Origin: an uncultured delta proteobacterium
GTDB taxonomy: Bacteria; Myxococcota; Myxococcia; Myxococcales; Anaeromyxobacteraceae
DNA length: 64,000 bases
NCBI GenBank assembly: GCA_963766715.1
Contig: CAVYBH010000013.1
Span: 192,001-256,000, forward strand
Direction of reading: 5' to 3'
Of this stretch, positions 32,205 through 42,600 are shown piece by piece. The translations under genes and the position numbers were made by a program. Positions within the stretch are counted from its first letter, which is position 1. Each line of letters begins with the position of its first letter. Under the pieces are notes generated by a model. It was not told the DNA's origin and ran no database searches. It was given only the letters and a program-made list of their open reading frames with translations.

Positions 32205-34539
32205 CTAGTGTCCATAGACGCGGATCTTCCAGTCCACCAGGCTCCCCGTGTGGGCCGGAACCCCGTCCACCACCTTCAACGTCCAGGTCCCGGCCGCCGA
32301 CTCTCCGTAGAACGCGTTGCTCGAAAGCACCATCTGGAACACGCCGCTCCCGGCCGCGAAGCCGTTCCGGATGGTGAGCAGCACGCTCCTCGTTCCCTGC
32401 GGGCTGACGAGCTCGATGCCCAGGTCGCTCGGGCTGGGGTGCTGGGCCGTCACCTCGATCTGGACGGACTCGATGACCAGGTTCCTGGGCGTCGCCGGGA
32501 CCGCGAGCGTGCTCGAGGCGCCCAGCGCGCTCGCGTCGGGGATGGGCAGGTTGAGCGCGGCGCTCGGCAGCCAGCCGCTGTTCGCGTACGTGCCCAGCGA
32601 GCCCGGGACGAGCGACTGCGCCATGGCCACGGCGGCGTCCACGTCGACCCCGCCGAAACCGTACCAGTCGTGGAAGGCGTAGCCCGCCGCGTTCAACGTC
32701 CAGGCCGGCTCCGCCACGTAGGGACCCCCGGCGAGGGTGTTGTCCACCAGCGCCGGGACGCCCGGGTCGACGCGCCGCGCGGTGCTGGCCAGCACGTGCT
32801 TCACCTCCCGCCAGGTCAGCGAGGGCCGGGCGTCGAGGACGAGCGCGATGGCCCCGACGAGCGCCGGGGCCGCGGACGAGGTCCCGTTGAAGGTGTTCGT
32901 GTAGTTGCACTGCCCGTTGGGCGACCCGCCGCCGTCGAAGGCGCTGTAGGGGGTGGCGGTCACCGAGTAGCCCACCCCGCAGCCGGTCTGGTCGGTCGTC
33001 ACCATGGCCGGCTGGAACACGTAGTCGGGGAACGGGAGATTGGTGACGGGGTTGATGGAACCGAACGTGGAGGCGTTCAGCCCGAACTCCCCGCCGGGCG
33101 CGCTCACCCAGATCGCCGAGTCCGGCGGTGGAGTAGCTGCTCCTCACGCCACTGGCGTTGAGCGCCCCGACCACGAGGTTGTACGGCAGCGTGTTCAAGC
33201 CCATCCATGCTGGCGTTCTGGCAGGAGACGCCGAGGTCCCTCGCGGGCTGGCAGACCGCTGGAGAGGCGGTCGGCCCGAAGCCGCGGAAGCCGTTCCCGG
33301 CCGACTTCACGTAGAGCGCACCCTTTCCGCCGCGCAGGTTGGTCACGCCGTCCAGGTACTGGGCCTCGAGGGTGGGGTCCGCGGCCGCGGGCGTGGTGTC
33401 GTCCGAGCCCCAGCTCTGGTTGAACACCGAGACGTCGGCCGAGGCCGGGTTCGCCGCCGAGCCGCCGAGGCTCCGGACGAAGCTCGAGACGCTCTGGTTG
33501 GTCCCGGGGGCGAGGACGTTGTAGCCGTTGAGCGACGCGCCCGGGCGCCACGCCCATGCCGCCCTTGGCGTTGCCGTAGACCATGGCGATGATGCCGCTC
33601 ACGCTCGTCCCGTGGTCTCCGTCGGTGACCGAGGGCGCCGGGGACGGATCGCTCGAGGCGGTCAGGAAGTTCCAGGAGCCATGGACCACGTTGGCGGCCA
33701 GGTCCTCGTGGGCAATCTCGAGGCCGGTGTCCACGACGCCCACCTTCACGCCCGCCCCGAGCCAGTCCCTGGCGGTAGGTGTTCGTGAGGGCAGGTCCAT
33801 CCCGGCCACGCCGCCCGTGTCGGCATAGCCGGTCTGCCCCGTGTTGCGCACGTACCACTGCTGCCCCGCCAGCGGATCGTTGGAGAGGTCCGGGCCGATG
33901 GGAACCCGCGGCGCGACGACGAGGGTCGAGCCTCCCTGCTTGCCGCTCAGCGATGCGCTCATCGCCACGTTGTCCGAAGGCGGCGCTGGCCGATGCACTG
34001 GCCAGGCCGGTCGCGTTGACGGTGACCGCGGCTGGATTTCCAGAAGACCACGCTGCGCGGGCCGTCACGTCCTCGGTCACGCCGTCGGCCCAGGTCGCGA
34101 TGGCGGTGAGCTGGCGCGTCCTGTCCTGGAAGATGTCGGCGGTCGCCGGCTGGACGGTGATGCTCGAGAGCGCCGGGAGCGACACGGTGGCCGTGGCCTG
34201 CCCCGTCACCGGGCTGACCGTCGCGGAGACGGTGGTCGTTCCCACGGCCTTGCCCGTCAGGGCGCCGGTCGCCGACACCGTGGCGACGGCGACCGTGGAG
34301 GAGACCCACGTGGCCTGCGCGGTCACGTCGGCGGTGCTCCCGTCCGAGTAGGTCCCCGTCGCCCGGAGCTGGAGCGCCGACCCGCGGGCCACCGAGACGG
34401 GTTGCGGACCGACGGCGATCGACGTGAGCGAGGGGGGCCCCGAGCTGCCTCCGCAGGCGGCGAGCGTCGCGGCGGCGAGGAGCCCGACGAGGAGCCCGGC
34501 GAGGAAGGTTCGGGCGGGAGCGCGATTGGTTCGACCCAT
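32205..34539 (-). CDS. kexin-like S8 serine protease lipoprotein: 2x Big_2 Ig + catalytic + P domain (several frameshifts)
   Basis: Lipobox LAAC; ATGTYSDGSTADVT Big_2 repeats; VVDTG, HGTSV, SAGNG and GTSSAAP; LTWREVKH, YGFG; P domain GTWTLKVVD...WKIRVYGH. Confidence 0.88.
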
Positions 34540-34675
34540 CGATGTGGCCTCCGGCTGCTCGTCCAGGTGGATCGGGCCCGAGCGCCTACCCGGGAAGGGG
34601 GGGGTCGCGCGGCGTTTCTTGGCTTATCGGGTCAGGTTATCCCGTGCCAGCCATCTTCCGGGAGGGGGAATCTCG

Positions 34676-35867
34676 ATGCGACATGCAACAATCATCGGCC
34701 TGGCCTCGCTCACCCTCGCCGGCTGCGAGACGGCCCGGGTGGCGACGAACATCGCCACCAGCCGGAATCCGCAGCAGGCGATGAACGATACCCTGAAGCA
34801 GCGCGGAGACGAGTACCTCCGCAACCCGGAGGCCGTGATCCGGGACGCCGGGATGCTGAAGCGGGACTACGACCGGGTCGTCGGCCTGCTCACCGGGGAG
34901 GTGAAGAAGACCTGGGGAGAGAAGGAGGTCAAGCTCCCCTCGCGAACGCACTACGTGAAGTACACGCAGAGCTACATGAGCCGCGCCGACGTCGACTTCG
35001 ACGCCGGGACCGTCCTGGTCGAGACGGTGGACGCGGCCGACCCGCGCGCCAGCCTGCGCGCCGCGCTGATCACCACGCTGCTCACGCCCGACGATCCCCG
35101 CTCGGTCGACCTCTTCAGCGACCGGCCGGTGACGCTCACCGGCGACCGGAAGCCCTACCTCCAGGGGCTGGTGGTCGACTCGACCGGCCGCGCGGTGACC
35201 ACCCCGGCGGACGCGGAGGCCTTCGCCGACGCCGCGATGGCGCGCACCTCGAGCCGGACGGTCGAGATGCAGGACGGCAGGAAGACCGCACTCTTCGTGA
35301 AATTCCCCATGGTCGCGAACTTCCAGAACAGGCAGGCCGAGAAGTACCGGACCGTGGTGACCCGGGTGTCCCAGCAGTACGGGGTGAGCCCGAGCCTCGT
35401 GTACGCGGTCATCAAGGTGGAGAGCAACTTCAACCCCTTCGCGGTGAGCTCGGCCCCGGCCTACGGAATGATGCAGCTCGTGCCCACCAGCGGCGGGCGC
35501 GAGGCCTACAAGCGGGTGCGCGGGATCGACGAGCCGCCCACCCGCGAGTACCTCTTCGACGCGGAGAGCAACATCGAGCTGGGAACCGCCTACCTGAGCG
35601 TGCTGTCCTCCAGCCAGCTGAACAAGGTGACGAGCCCGCTGTCGCGGGAGTACTGCGTGATCGCGGCCTACAACACCGGGCCCGGGCAACGTGACCAAGG
35701 CCTTCGCCAAGGACCGGACGGCCGCCTGGAACGCCATCAACGGGATGCAGCCGCCCGCGGTCTACGAGCGGCTGCGGACCCAGCTCCCGTACGAGGAGAC
35801 GCGCCAGTACGTCGTGAAGGTGGTCCAGTCGCGGAAGCAGTTCGTGAGCCGGCTCCCCGAGGGGTAG
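34676..35867 (+). CDS. mltC: membrane-bound lytic murein transglycosylase C (frameshift near 35685)
   Basis: Lipobox LAGC; YVKYT..Y.SR, TLLTPDDP..VDLFS, IKVESNFNPFAVS, GMMQLVP, AYNTG and ETRQYV. Confidence 0.88.
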
Positions 35868-35887
35868 CGCGCGGCGGGAGAGGGGCC

Positions 35888-36742
35888 TCAGATCCGGATC
35901 GTCCCCCGCCCCAGCTCCACCACGTCGCCGGCGACGTGGATGCGCCGGGCGTCGTCGACCTCGAGCAGGAGGCGCGACGGGCGGCCCACCCGGGCGCCCT
36001 GGGAGACCGCGCGCCGCGCGGGCAGCGGTTCCCCGGTGGCGAGGATCCAGCCGCCCAGGTTGGCGCACGCCGATCCCGTGGCCGGGTCCTCGGCCACGCC
36101 GCCGCCCGCGACGAAGAAGAAGCGGGCCTCCACCTCCTCCGGACCGGCCGGCGCGAAGACGTAGGCCATGACCTCCCCACCGCTGCGTGCGACGCCGTGG
36201 CGGGCGAGCAGCGCCGGGTCGGGGCGCGCCGCGCGGACCTCGTCGACGCTCCGGAGCGGCACCACGAGCTGCTCGGCGCCGGTGTCCACCCAGAGCGGGC
36301 GGGAGACGCTCCCGGGCGGCAGGCCGACCATGGCCGCCAGCTCGTCGGGGCTCGCGTCGGGGACCCGCACCTCGGGAGCCTTCGGGGCGCGGAGCCGCCA
36401 GCGGTCTCCCTCGGCGTTCACCTCGACGAGGCCTGCCGCCATCTCGAGCGTCACCCGGTCGCCGGCGCCTGCCAGGGCGCGCACGACGTGGGCCGTCCCC
36501 AGCGTGGGATGGCCGGCGAAGGGCATCTCGAAGTCGGGCGTGAAGATGCGGACCCTGGCCGTGGCGCCGGGCCGCCCGGGCGGGAGGAGAAAGGTCGTCT
36601 CGGAGAGGTTGAACTGGCGCGCCAGGGCCTGCATGCGCTCGGCGGCCAGGGCGCTTCCGTCCTCGAAGACGCAGAGCGGGTTGCCGGAGAGGCGATCGTC
36701 ACCGACCGTGAACACGTTGAGCAGGCGGTAGGCGAGTTCCAT
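35888..36742 (-). CDS. PhzF family epimerase/isomerase
   Basis: NVF...GNP, FNLSETTF, RIFTP..EMPFAGHPTLG, EDPATGSA and QG...GRPS. Confidence 0.93.
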   Translation of the reverse strand: MELAYRLLNVFTVGDDRLSGNPLCVFEDGSALAAERMQALARQFNLSETTFLLPPGRPGATARVRIFTPDFEMPFAGHPTLGTAHVVRALAGAGDRVTLEMAAGLVEVNAEGDRWRLRAPKAPEVRVPDASPDELAAMVGLPPGSVSRPLWVDTGAEQLVVPLRSVDEVRAARPDPALLARHGVARSGGEVMAYVFAPAGPEEVEARFFFVAGGGVAEDPATGSACANLGGWILATGEPLPARRAVSQGARVGRPSRLLLEVDDARRIHVAGDVVELGRGTIRI

Positions 36743-37063
36743 GGCAGCTCCCGGCCCGTCAGTGTAGCCGGACCGCGACGAGGGGACGTGGCGAGATCCT
36801 CGCCGCCGTCCTCCTCACGGGGGTCCTCGCGCGGACGGGCGCCAGGCGCCTCCTGGACGCGAACGTCAAGCAGATAATCCCCCGTGATCGACGAGATCTT
36901 GAGCCGCGTCTGGCCGGTTCGCACCGGGCCGGTACGCCGGGGGGTCCTGGTCCCGGGCTCGACTCCTGCCTCCAAACGGGATACACACCGGTACCCCTTC
37001 CCCATCCGGGAAGGCCCTGACGGCGGTCTTCGTCGCCAGTGAATGGAAAAGAGCAAGAACGAA

Positions 37064-37267
37064 ATGGCTACCGGTACCGTGAAGTGGTTCAACGACGCGA
37101 AGGGCTTCGGCTTCATCACTCAGGACGGCGGCGGCGAGGATGTCTTCTGCCACCACACCGCCATCCAGGCCAACGGGTTCCGCACCCTGGCCGAGGGCCA
37201 GAAGGTGGAGTTCGACGTCACCAAGGGCCCCAAGGGCCTGCAGGCGGCGAACGTCCGTCCCGTCTGA
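37064..37267 (+). CDS. cold-shock protein (CspA family)
   Basis: [24 protein letters not shown] and [10 protein letters not shown]. Confidence 0.97.
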   Translation: MATGTVKWFNDAKGFGFITQDGGGEDVFCHHTAIQANGFRTLAEGQKVEFDVTKGPKGLQAANVRPV

Positions 37268-37323
37268 GCCGCTTCTAGAACGGCTCCGGAGCCCGGTCCG
37301 AAAGGGCCGGGCTCTTTGTTTGT
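37266..37323 (+). terminator. tandem hairpins / intrinsic terminator after the csp gene
   Basis: GAGCCG..CGGCTC (37266-37286), then GAGCCCGGTCC-GAAA-GGGCCGGGCTC followed by TTTGTTTGT. Confidence 0.8.
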
Positions 37324-37344
37324 GCGCCGCACGCGGCGCGCGTC

Positions 37345-38229
37345 TCAGTCGCGTGCGCCGAAGGTGTCGCAGGCGTCGATGCGCCCGGTCTCCAGGCCCC
37401 GCCGGAACCACTCGCTCCGCTGCGCCGACGTCCCGTGGGTGAAGCTCTCCGGGGAGACGCGCCCCGTCGCCGCCTTCTGCAGCCGGTCGTCGCCCACCGC
37501 CGCCGCGGCGCGGAGTCCCGCCTCGAGGTCGCCCGGGTCGAGCAGCTGGCGCCCCTGCGCCGAGCGGGCCCACACCCCGGCCAGGCAGTCGGCCTGGAGC
37601 TCCATCTTCACCGAGAGCGAATTGCGGATCCCGGGGTTGCGGCGCTGCGCCTCGCGGACCTTGGGCTCGATGCCCAGCACGTTCTGCAGGTGGTGGCCGA
37701 CCTCGTGGGCGATGACGTAGGCCTGCGCGAACTCGCCGGGCGCGCCGAACCGGGTGGCCAGCTCCCGGTAGAAGCCGAGGTCGATGTAGACCTTCTCGTC
37801 CGCAGGGCAATAGAACGGCCCCATCTCCGCGCCGGCCTGTCCGCAGCCGGAGCGGGTCTGGTCCCAGAACAGCACGAGCTTCGCGTCGCGATAGCCGCCG
37901 GCGCTCCGCGCGAGCGCCTTCTCCCAGGTCCGCTGCGCGTCGTTGAAGGCCGAGACCGCGGTGGCCTCCAGCTTCTGCTCGGCGGCGGCCCGCCGCTCGG
38001 CCTGCTGGGGAGACGGGCCCTGTCCTCCGGCCGCCACGGGCGCGCCGGCCGGCGCCGCGCCCAGGTCCGCGAAGAGATCGCGCCCGAACAGGACGGAGAG
38101 GGCCAGCACCACGACGGTTCCGCCCAGCCCGAGCCGGACGCCGCGCCCGCCCATCGGAACCCCGAAGCCCGACGCCTGGCCGCGCCGGTCCTCCACGTTG
38201 CTGCGATCGCCGTCGTCCCCGAGCCTCAT
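37345..38229 (-). CDS. neutral zinc metallopeptidase (YpfJ family)
   Basis: SNVEDRRG, GPFYCPAD, AHEVGHH (HExxH), ELQADC and ESFTHGTS. Confidence 0.93.
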   Translation of the reverse strand: MRLGDDGDRSNVEDRRGQASGFGVPMGGRGVRLGLGGTVVVLALSVLFGRDLFADLGAAPAGAPVAAGGQGPSPQQAERRAAAEQKLEATAVSAFNDAQRTWEKALARSAGGYRDAKLVLFWDQTRSGCGQAGAEMGPFYCPADEKVYIDLGFYRELATRFGAPGEFAQAYVIAHEVGHHLQNVLGIEPKVREAQRRNPGIRNSLSVKMELQADCLAGVWARSAQGRQLLDPGDLEAGLRAAAAVGDDRLQKAATGRVSPESFTHGTSAQRSEWFRRGLETGRIDACDTFGARD

Positions 38230-38331
38230 GCATCCCTCCCGAACCGGCTTCTTATCGCGGCGGCGCTCCGCCGTCCGGCCGGGCACCCATTCCGGGCTTC
38301 GGCGCCCGAATCGATCACACGATCTTCCCCG

Positions 38332-38362
38332 TCGTGCTACGGTCGCGCCTTTCGTAGCACGA
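38332..38362 (+). promoter_or_regulatory. putative NikR operator
   Basis: Perfect 10-bp inverted repeat TCGTGCTACG-N11-CGTAGCACGA (GTGCTAC-N13-GTAGCAC), 18 bp upstream of a Ni/Co ECF operon. Confidence 0.7.
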
Positions 38363-38380
38363 TCGGGGGCACGGTCTCAG

Positions 38381-39100
38381 ATGGCGCCGTGGAAGGTCCT
38401 TGGGTCCGTCGTCGCGGGGGCCATCCTCGCGGCCTGCCTGGCCGTTCCGGCTGGCGCTCGCGCCCACGACCTCTGGCTGGAGCCGCAGGGCGGCGTGCTC
38501 GTCCTCCGGTACGGCCACCGCGGCGGCGAGGTCCTCGACCTCGACGCTGGCCAAGGTCAAGGTCGTCCAGTGCCGCGACGGGGCGGGGCCGCCCCGGCGA
38601 CGTCCGCGGCAGCTCCGACGGCGGGCCCGAAGGAGCTGCGCACCCCGTCGCGCTGCGACGCGGCGAGCGCCTTCCTCGACGGCGGCTTCTGGTCGCTCAC
38701 CCCGGACGGCGAGCGGAACCTGCCCAGGAACGCGGTGCCCGACGCGGTGCGCTCCTGGCAGTCGAGGCAGTTCGCGAAGTGGATCGACGTCCGATCGCCG
38801 GCGGCAGGCTCGCCGCTCGGCGCCGAGCTGGAGATCGTGCCGGTGAGCGACCTCTCGCGCGTCCGGCAGGGCGACAAGGCCACCTTCCGCGTGCTCTGGC
38901 AGGGCAAGCCGGTGGCCGGCGCCATCCTCGCCATCGACCACAGGCCGCTCGGCGAGACCGACGCGGCCGGCGAGTGCCGGGTGAAGGTTCGCGCCGCGGA
39001 GGTGGAGTCGGTGAGCGCCACCCTGAAGCGGCCGCTGGGCACGCCCGAGGCCGACACGCTCGTGGCCGAGGCCAGCCTGACCTTCGGGGTCGCGCGGTGA
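38381..39100 (+). CDS. DUF4198-like periplasmic metal-uptake protein (frameshifts near 38550-38600)
   Basis: Signal peptide ARA|HDLWLE, LRYGH, LEIVP, FRVLWQGKP and TDAAG. Confidence 0.75.
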   Translation: MAPWKVLGSVVAGAILAACLAVPAGARAHDLWLEPQGGVLVLRYGHRGGEVLDLDAGQGQGRPVPRRGGAAPATSAAAPTAGPKELRTPSRCDAASAFLDGGFWSLTPDGERNLPRNAVPDAVRSWQSRQFAKWIDVRSPAAGSPLGAELEIVPVSDLSRVRQGDKATFRVLWQGKPVAGAILAIDHRPLGETDAAGECRVKVRAAEVESVSATLKRPLGTPEADTLVAEASLTFGVAR

Positions 39101-39549
39101 GGCGCACCCACGTCCTCGTCGCGCTCGCGCTCCTGGGAGCCTCCTCGGCGGCGGTCGCGCACGAGGTCCTGCACGAGGTCCAGCGCGGCCGCGCGGTGGC
39201 CGTGCGTGCCTGGTTCCCGGATGGAGAGAGCCTCGCCTACGTCCAGGCCGAGGTCTTCTCGCCTGCCGACGGGAAGATCCCCTACTGGAAGGGGCGCACC
39301 GACCGGAACGGCTGGCTCGCCTTCGTGCCCGACGTCCCGGGAAAGTGGCGCGTGCGCATCTTCGACGCGACGGGGCACGGGCTCGACACCCAGGTCGACG
39401 TGGCGGCGCCCGGTGCGGCCGGGGCGTCGTCCGACCCGGCGCCGGGAACGGGCGTGGCGGCCCTCGCGATCCGCCCGATCGCCGGGGTCGCGCTCATCGC
39501 CGCGCTCTTCGGCTTCCTCTACCTCCGCGGAAGGCGGAAGCGGCCATGA
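39097..39549 (+). CDS. CbiL/NikL-like accessory ECF component
   Basis: AVA|HEV, AWFPDG, VFSP, GRTDRNG.LAFVP..PG.W and GHG; C-terminal TM. Confidence 0.7.
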   Translation: MRRTHVLVALALLGASSAAVAHEVLHEVQRGRAVAVRAWFPDGESLAYVQAEVFSPADGKIPYWKGRTDRNGWLAFVPDVPGKWRVRIFDATGHGLDTQVDVAAPGAAGASSDPAPGTGVAALAIRPIAGVALIAALFGFLYLRGRRKRP

Positions 39550-40567
39550 CCCGCTCCCGGCTCCCGCTGCGCGCGCTGGGCCTCGTGGCGCCCTCGCCGG
39601 CGCCCTCGCCGCGCCCGTCGTGGCCCGCGCCCACCACGGCGGCGCGGCCGTCGGCATGGCCGGTCCGGAAGGTCCGGGCGCAGCCATCGAGACCAGCTCA
39701 CCCCTGCCGCTGCCGCAGGGCGCCCTCTTTCTCATGGTGAAGTCGGAGTACGTTCCCTTCCGGCAGTACGAGTTCGCCCAGCCCACCAACAAGGTCTATT
39801 CCCTCTTCGACACGCTGGTGACGGGCTACGGGATCACCCCCTGGCTCTCCGGCTACCTCTTCCTCCCCTACAACGTGAAGTCGCAGGACGGCGTGGGCAC
39901 GAACGTCGGCTTCGGCGACCCCGGGCTCTACGTGAACCTCGCCTTCAAGTACGACGAGGGCTTCCGGCTGGCGCCGGCGAAGGAGAGCCTCGACGAGCTC
40001 ATGGACTGGCACTTCTCGGTGTTCGGGTACGCGACCGTGCCGATGGGTCCCACCGTGTCGGTCACCCATGCCGGCGAGTGGTACGCACCGGACATGCAGA
40101 CCGGCTTCGGGTCTCCCAGCTTCCAGGTCGGAGTCGCCGCCGAGAAGCAGCTCTCCGCCGACTTCACCTGGCTCGCCGATGCGAGCTACCAGTACTTCCT
40201 CCCCCACACCTATCCGTTCACCCGCTACCAGTTCGGGGCCGAATCGCGGGTGAACACCGCCGTCGCCTGGCGGGCCGTCGCCTCGACCGGGTTCCGGCTC
40301 GACCTGGCCGGCGAGGTGAACCTCCTCCACATCCAGCGCGACGAGGAGCGGGACGCCGCCGGGGCGATGGAGCCCCTCCAGGCCTCGGGCGGGACGATCC
40401 TCTATGCGGGCCTCGGCGTGCGGACGTACGTCGGACGCTTCTCCGCGGCGCTCGCCGCCCGGACCTCCTTCGCCCGGTGGCTCAACGAGCGCGCCGCCCA
40501 GCAGGGCTCCGAGGGGCTCGAATGGGTCCGCGTCGCCCTCACCCTCTCCTGCGTGCTGCCCATCTAG
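39546..40567 (+). CDS. putative outer-membrane beta-barrel transporter (frameshift near 39595)
   Basis: Signal peptide ARA|HHGG; amphipathic aromatic beta strands; GFGD, QTGFGS and SGGTILY. Confidence 0.65.
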
Positions 40568-40570
40568 CCC

Positions 40571-41203
40571 ATGCACGTGCCCGACGGATTCCTCTCCCCG
40601 GTGGTCACGCTTCCCGCGTGGGGCGTGGCCGCTCCGCTCTGGTACTGGTCGGTGAAGCGGAACTTCGGCGCGTCGTCCACCGATTCGCTTCCGGTGGTCG
40701 GCGCCCTCACGGCGCTCGCCTTCGTCGTGCAGAGCATCATGATCCCCGTGCCCGGCGGGACCTCGGCGCACCTGACCGGCATCGCCATCCTGGCCTTCCT
40801 GTACAACCCCGGCGTGGCCTTCGTCTGCGAGTCGCTGGTGCTCCTCCTCCAGTCCCTCTTCTTCGGGGCGGGCGGCTTCACCGTGCTGGGGGTGAACGCG
40901 CTCGCCATGGGGCTCGTCGGGCCGGGAACGGCCTGGCTGGTCCACCGCGCGCTGCGCCGGCCGTGGCCGCGCCTGGCCGCGTTCGCCGGCGCGTACGCGG
41001 GAATCCAGGCGGCGACCCTCACCGTGGCGCTCGTGCTCGGGCTGCAGCACCACCTCTCGAGCGACTACATGCCCGTGCCCCTCCCGGTCCTGCTCACGGC
41101 CATGATGGCGCCCAGCCTGACCGTCGTCGGCGTCGTCGAGGGTCTCTACACCGTGGCGACCCTGTCCCTGCTCCGGAGGGCGAAGCTCCTTGCGACTCCC
41201 TGA
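40571..41203 (+). CDS. cbiM: ECF S component CbiM/NikM
   Basis: MHVPDGFL N-terminus, PVPGGTSAHL and QSLFFG.GG..VLGVN. Confidence 0.92.
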   Translation: MHVPDGFLSPVVTLPAWGVAAPLWYWSVKRNFGASSTDSLPVVGALTALAFVVQSIMIPVPGGTSAHLTGIAILAFLYNPGVAFVCESLVLLLQSLFFGAGGFTVLGVNALAMGLVGPGTAWLVHRALRRPWPRLAAFAGAYAGIQAATLTVALVLGLQHHLSSDYMPVPLPVLLTAMMAPSLTVVGVVEGLYTVATLSLLRRAKLLATP

Positions 41204-41757
41204 ACCTCGAAGGAGCCAGGCCATCCTGGCCGCCTGGGCCGTGTCGATCTTCGCGCTCTCGGCGCTTGACCGGTCTCGCCGCGCTCGCGCTCGCCTCGGC
41301 CGCGGCGCTCCTCCTCTTCCGGCGAGGCGCCCCGCGCGAACTGCGCCGGGTGGCGGTGACGGTCGTCCCTCTCACCCTCGGCCTCTCGCTCGCCTCCTGG
41401 GCCTGGCTGTCCTTCCTGGGGCGCCCGGCGCCCTTGACGCCGTTCGCGTCCCTCTCGCTCCGATCCGCGCTCATCGCCTTCGTCACCTTCTCGGTGCTGC
41501 GCCGGGTGGATCTGCTGCGCGCCGCGGCGCCCTTCCCGACGGCGTCCCGCCTCCTCGTCCTCTGCCTCGCCCAGGTCCACGCCCTGCGCCTGCTCGCGAC
41601 CGAGTCGGCGCTCGGGCTGCGGAGCCGGCTCCCGCGACGCCCGGGGACCCTCGACGTCGTCCGCGGCTCGGGCGCGGTCACCGTCGCCCTCCTCAGCCTG
41701 TCCGCCCGGAACGCCCGGGACATCGGCGACGCCATGCGGTCGAGGGGGTTCGAGTGA
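41190..41757 (+). CDS. cbiQ: ECF T component CbiQ/NikQ, short form (frameshift near 41270)
   Basis: Hydrophobic; GLRSR and DAMRSRGF motifs; lies between the M and O components. Confidence 0.75.
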
Positions 41758-42536
41758 TTTACGAGCTGTCGGGCGTGGGACTCGACGTGGACGGGCGCCC
41801 GGTCGTCCGCGACCTCACCTTCTCGGTCCGGGAAGGCGAGCGCCTGGTGGTGCTGGGCGTGAACGGCTGCGGGAAGACCACGCTCCTCAAGGCGCTCGAC
41901 GCGCTGACCTTCGCCGGGTCCGGCTCGATCCGCTACTCCGGCTCCCCGCTCGACCCCGGCGCGCTCGGCGACGCCGCGTTCCGGCGCCGGTTCCGGGGCG
42001 AGGTGGGCTTCCTGTTCCAGAACGTGGACGCGATGCTCTTCAACCCCACCGTCGCCGACGAGATTGCCTTCGGCCCGCGGCAGCTCGGACAGGGCGACGT
42101 CGAGGGGCGCGTCGCCCGGTGGGCCCGGGTCTTCGGGCTCGACGCCCTGCTCGCTCGCGCGCCCTTCGAGCTGTCCGGTGGGGAGAAGAAGCGGGTGGCC
42201 CTGGCCGCGCTCCTGGCGGTGGACCCGCGCGTCCTGCTCCTCGACGAGGCCACCGCCAACCTCGACCCCGCGTGGGCCGGCCGGCTCGTCGACCTCCTCG
42301 CCGAGCGCAAGGAGCTCACCGTGATCGCCGCGACCCACAACCTGTCGATCGCCGAGGAGCTCGGGGGCCGGGCGCTGCTGCTCGCCGCGGGGCGCCCCGG
42401 CCTGCTCTTCGACGGCGCACCCTCGGCGCTCTTGCGCAACCAGGGGCTCCTCATCCAGGCCGGGCTCGCCCATCTCCACCGCCACGTGCACGACGGCGCC
42501 GACCACGCCCACTTCCACGTTCATGACGTGGAGTGA
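41754..42536 (+). CDS. cbiO: ECF ATPase CbiO/NikO with His-rich tail
   Basis: GVNGCGKTT, FQN..MLFNPTV..EIAFG, LSGGEKKRVA, LDEATANLD and ATH; tail AHLHRHVHDGADHAHFHVHD. Confidence 0.92.
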   Translation: MIYELSGVGLDVDGRPVVRDLTFSVREGERLVVLGVNGCGKTTLLKALDALTFAGSGSIRYSGSPLDPGALGDAAFRRRFRGEVGFLFQNVDAMLFNPTVADEIAFGPRQLGQGDVEGRVARWARVFGLDALLARAPFELSGGEKKRVALAALLAVDPRVLLLDEATANLDPAWAGRLVDLLAERKELTVIAATHNLSIAEELGGRALLLAAGRPGLLFDGAPSALLRNQGLLIQAGLAHLHRHVHDGADHAHFHVHDVE

Positions 42537-42600
42537 CCCCCATCAAGGGAGGCCCCGGGACGCCGTTCCGGGGTATCCTGCTGCGCGGAAAGGTGGCCAC

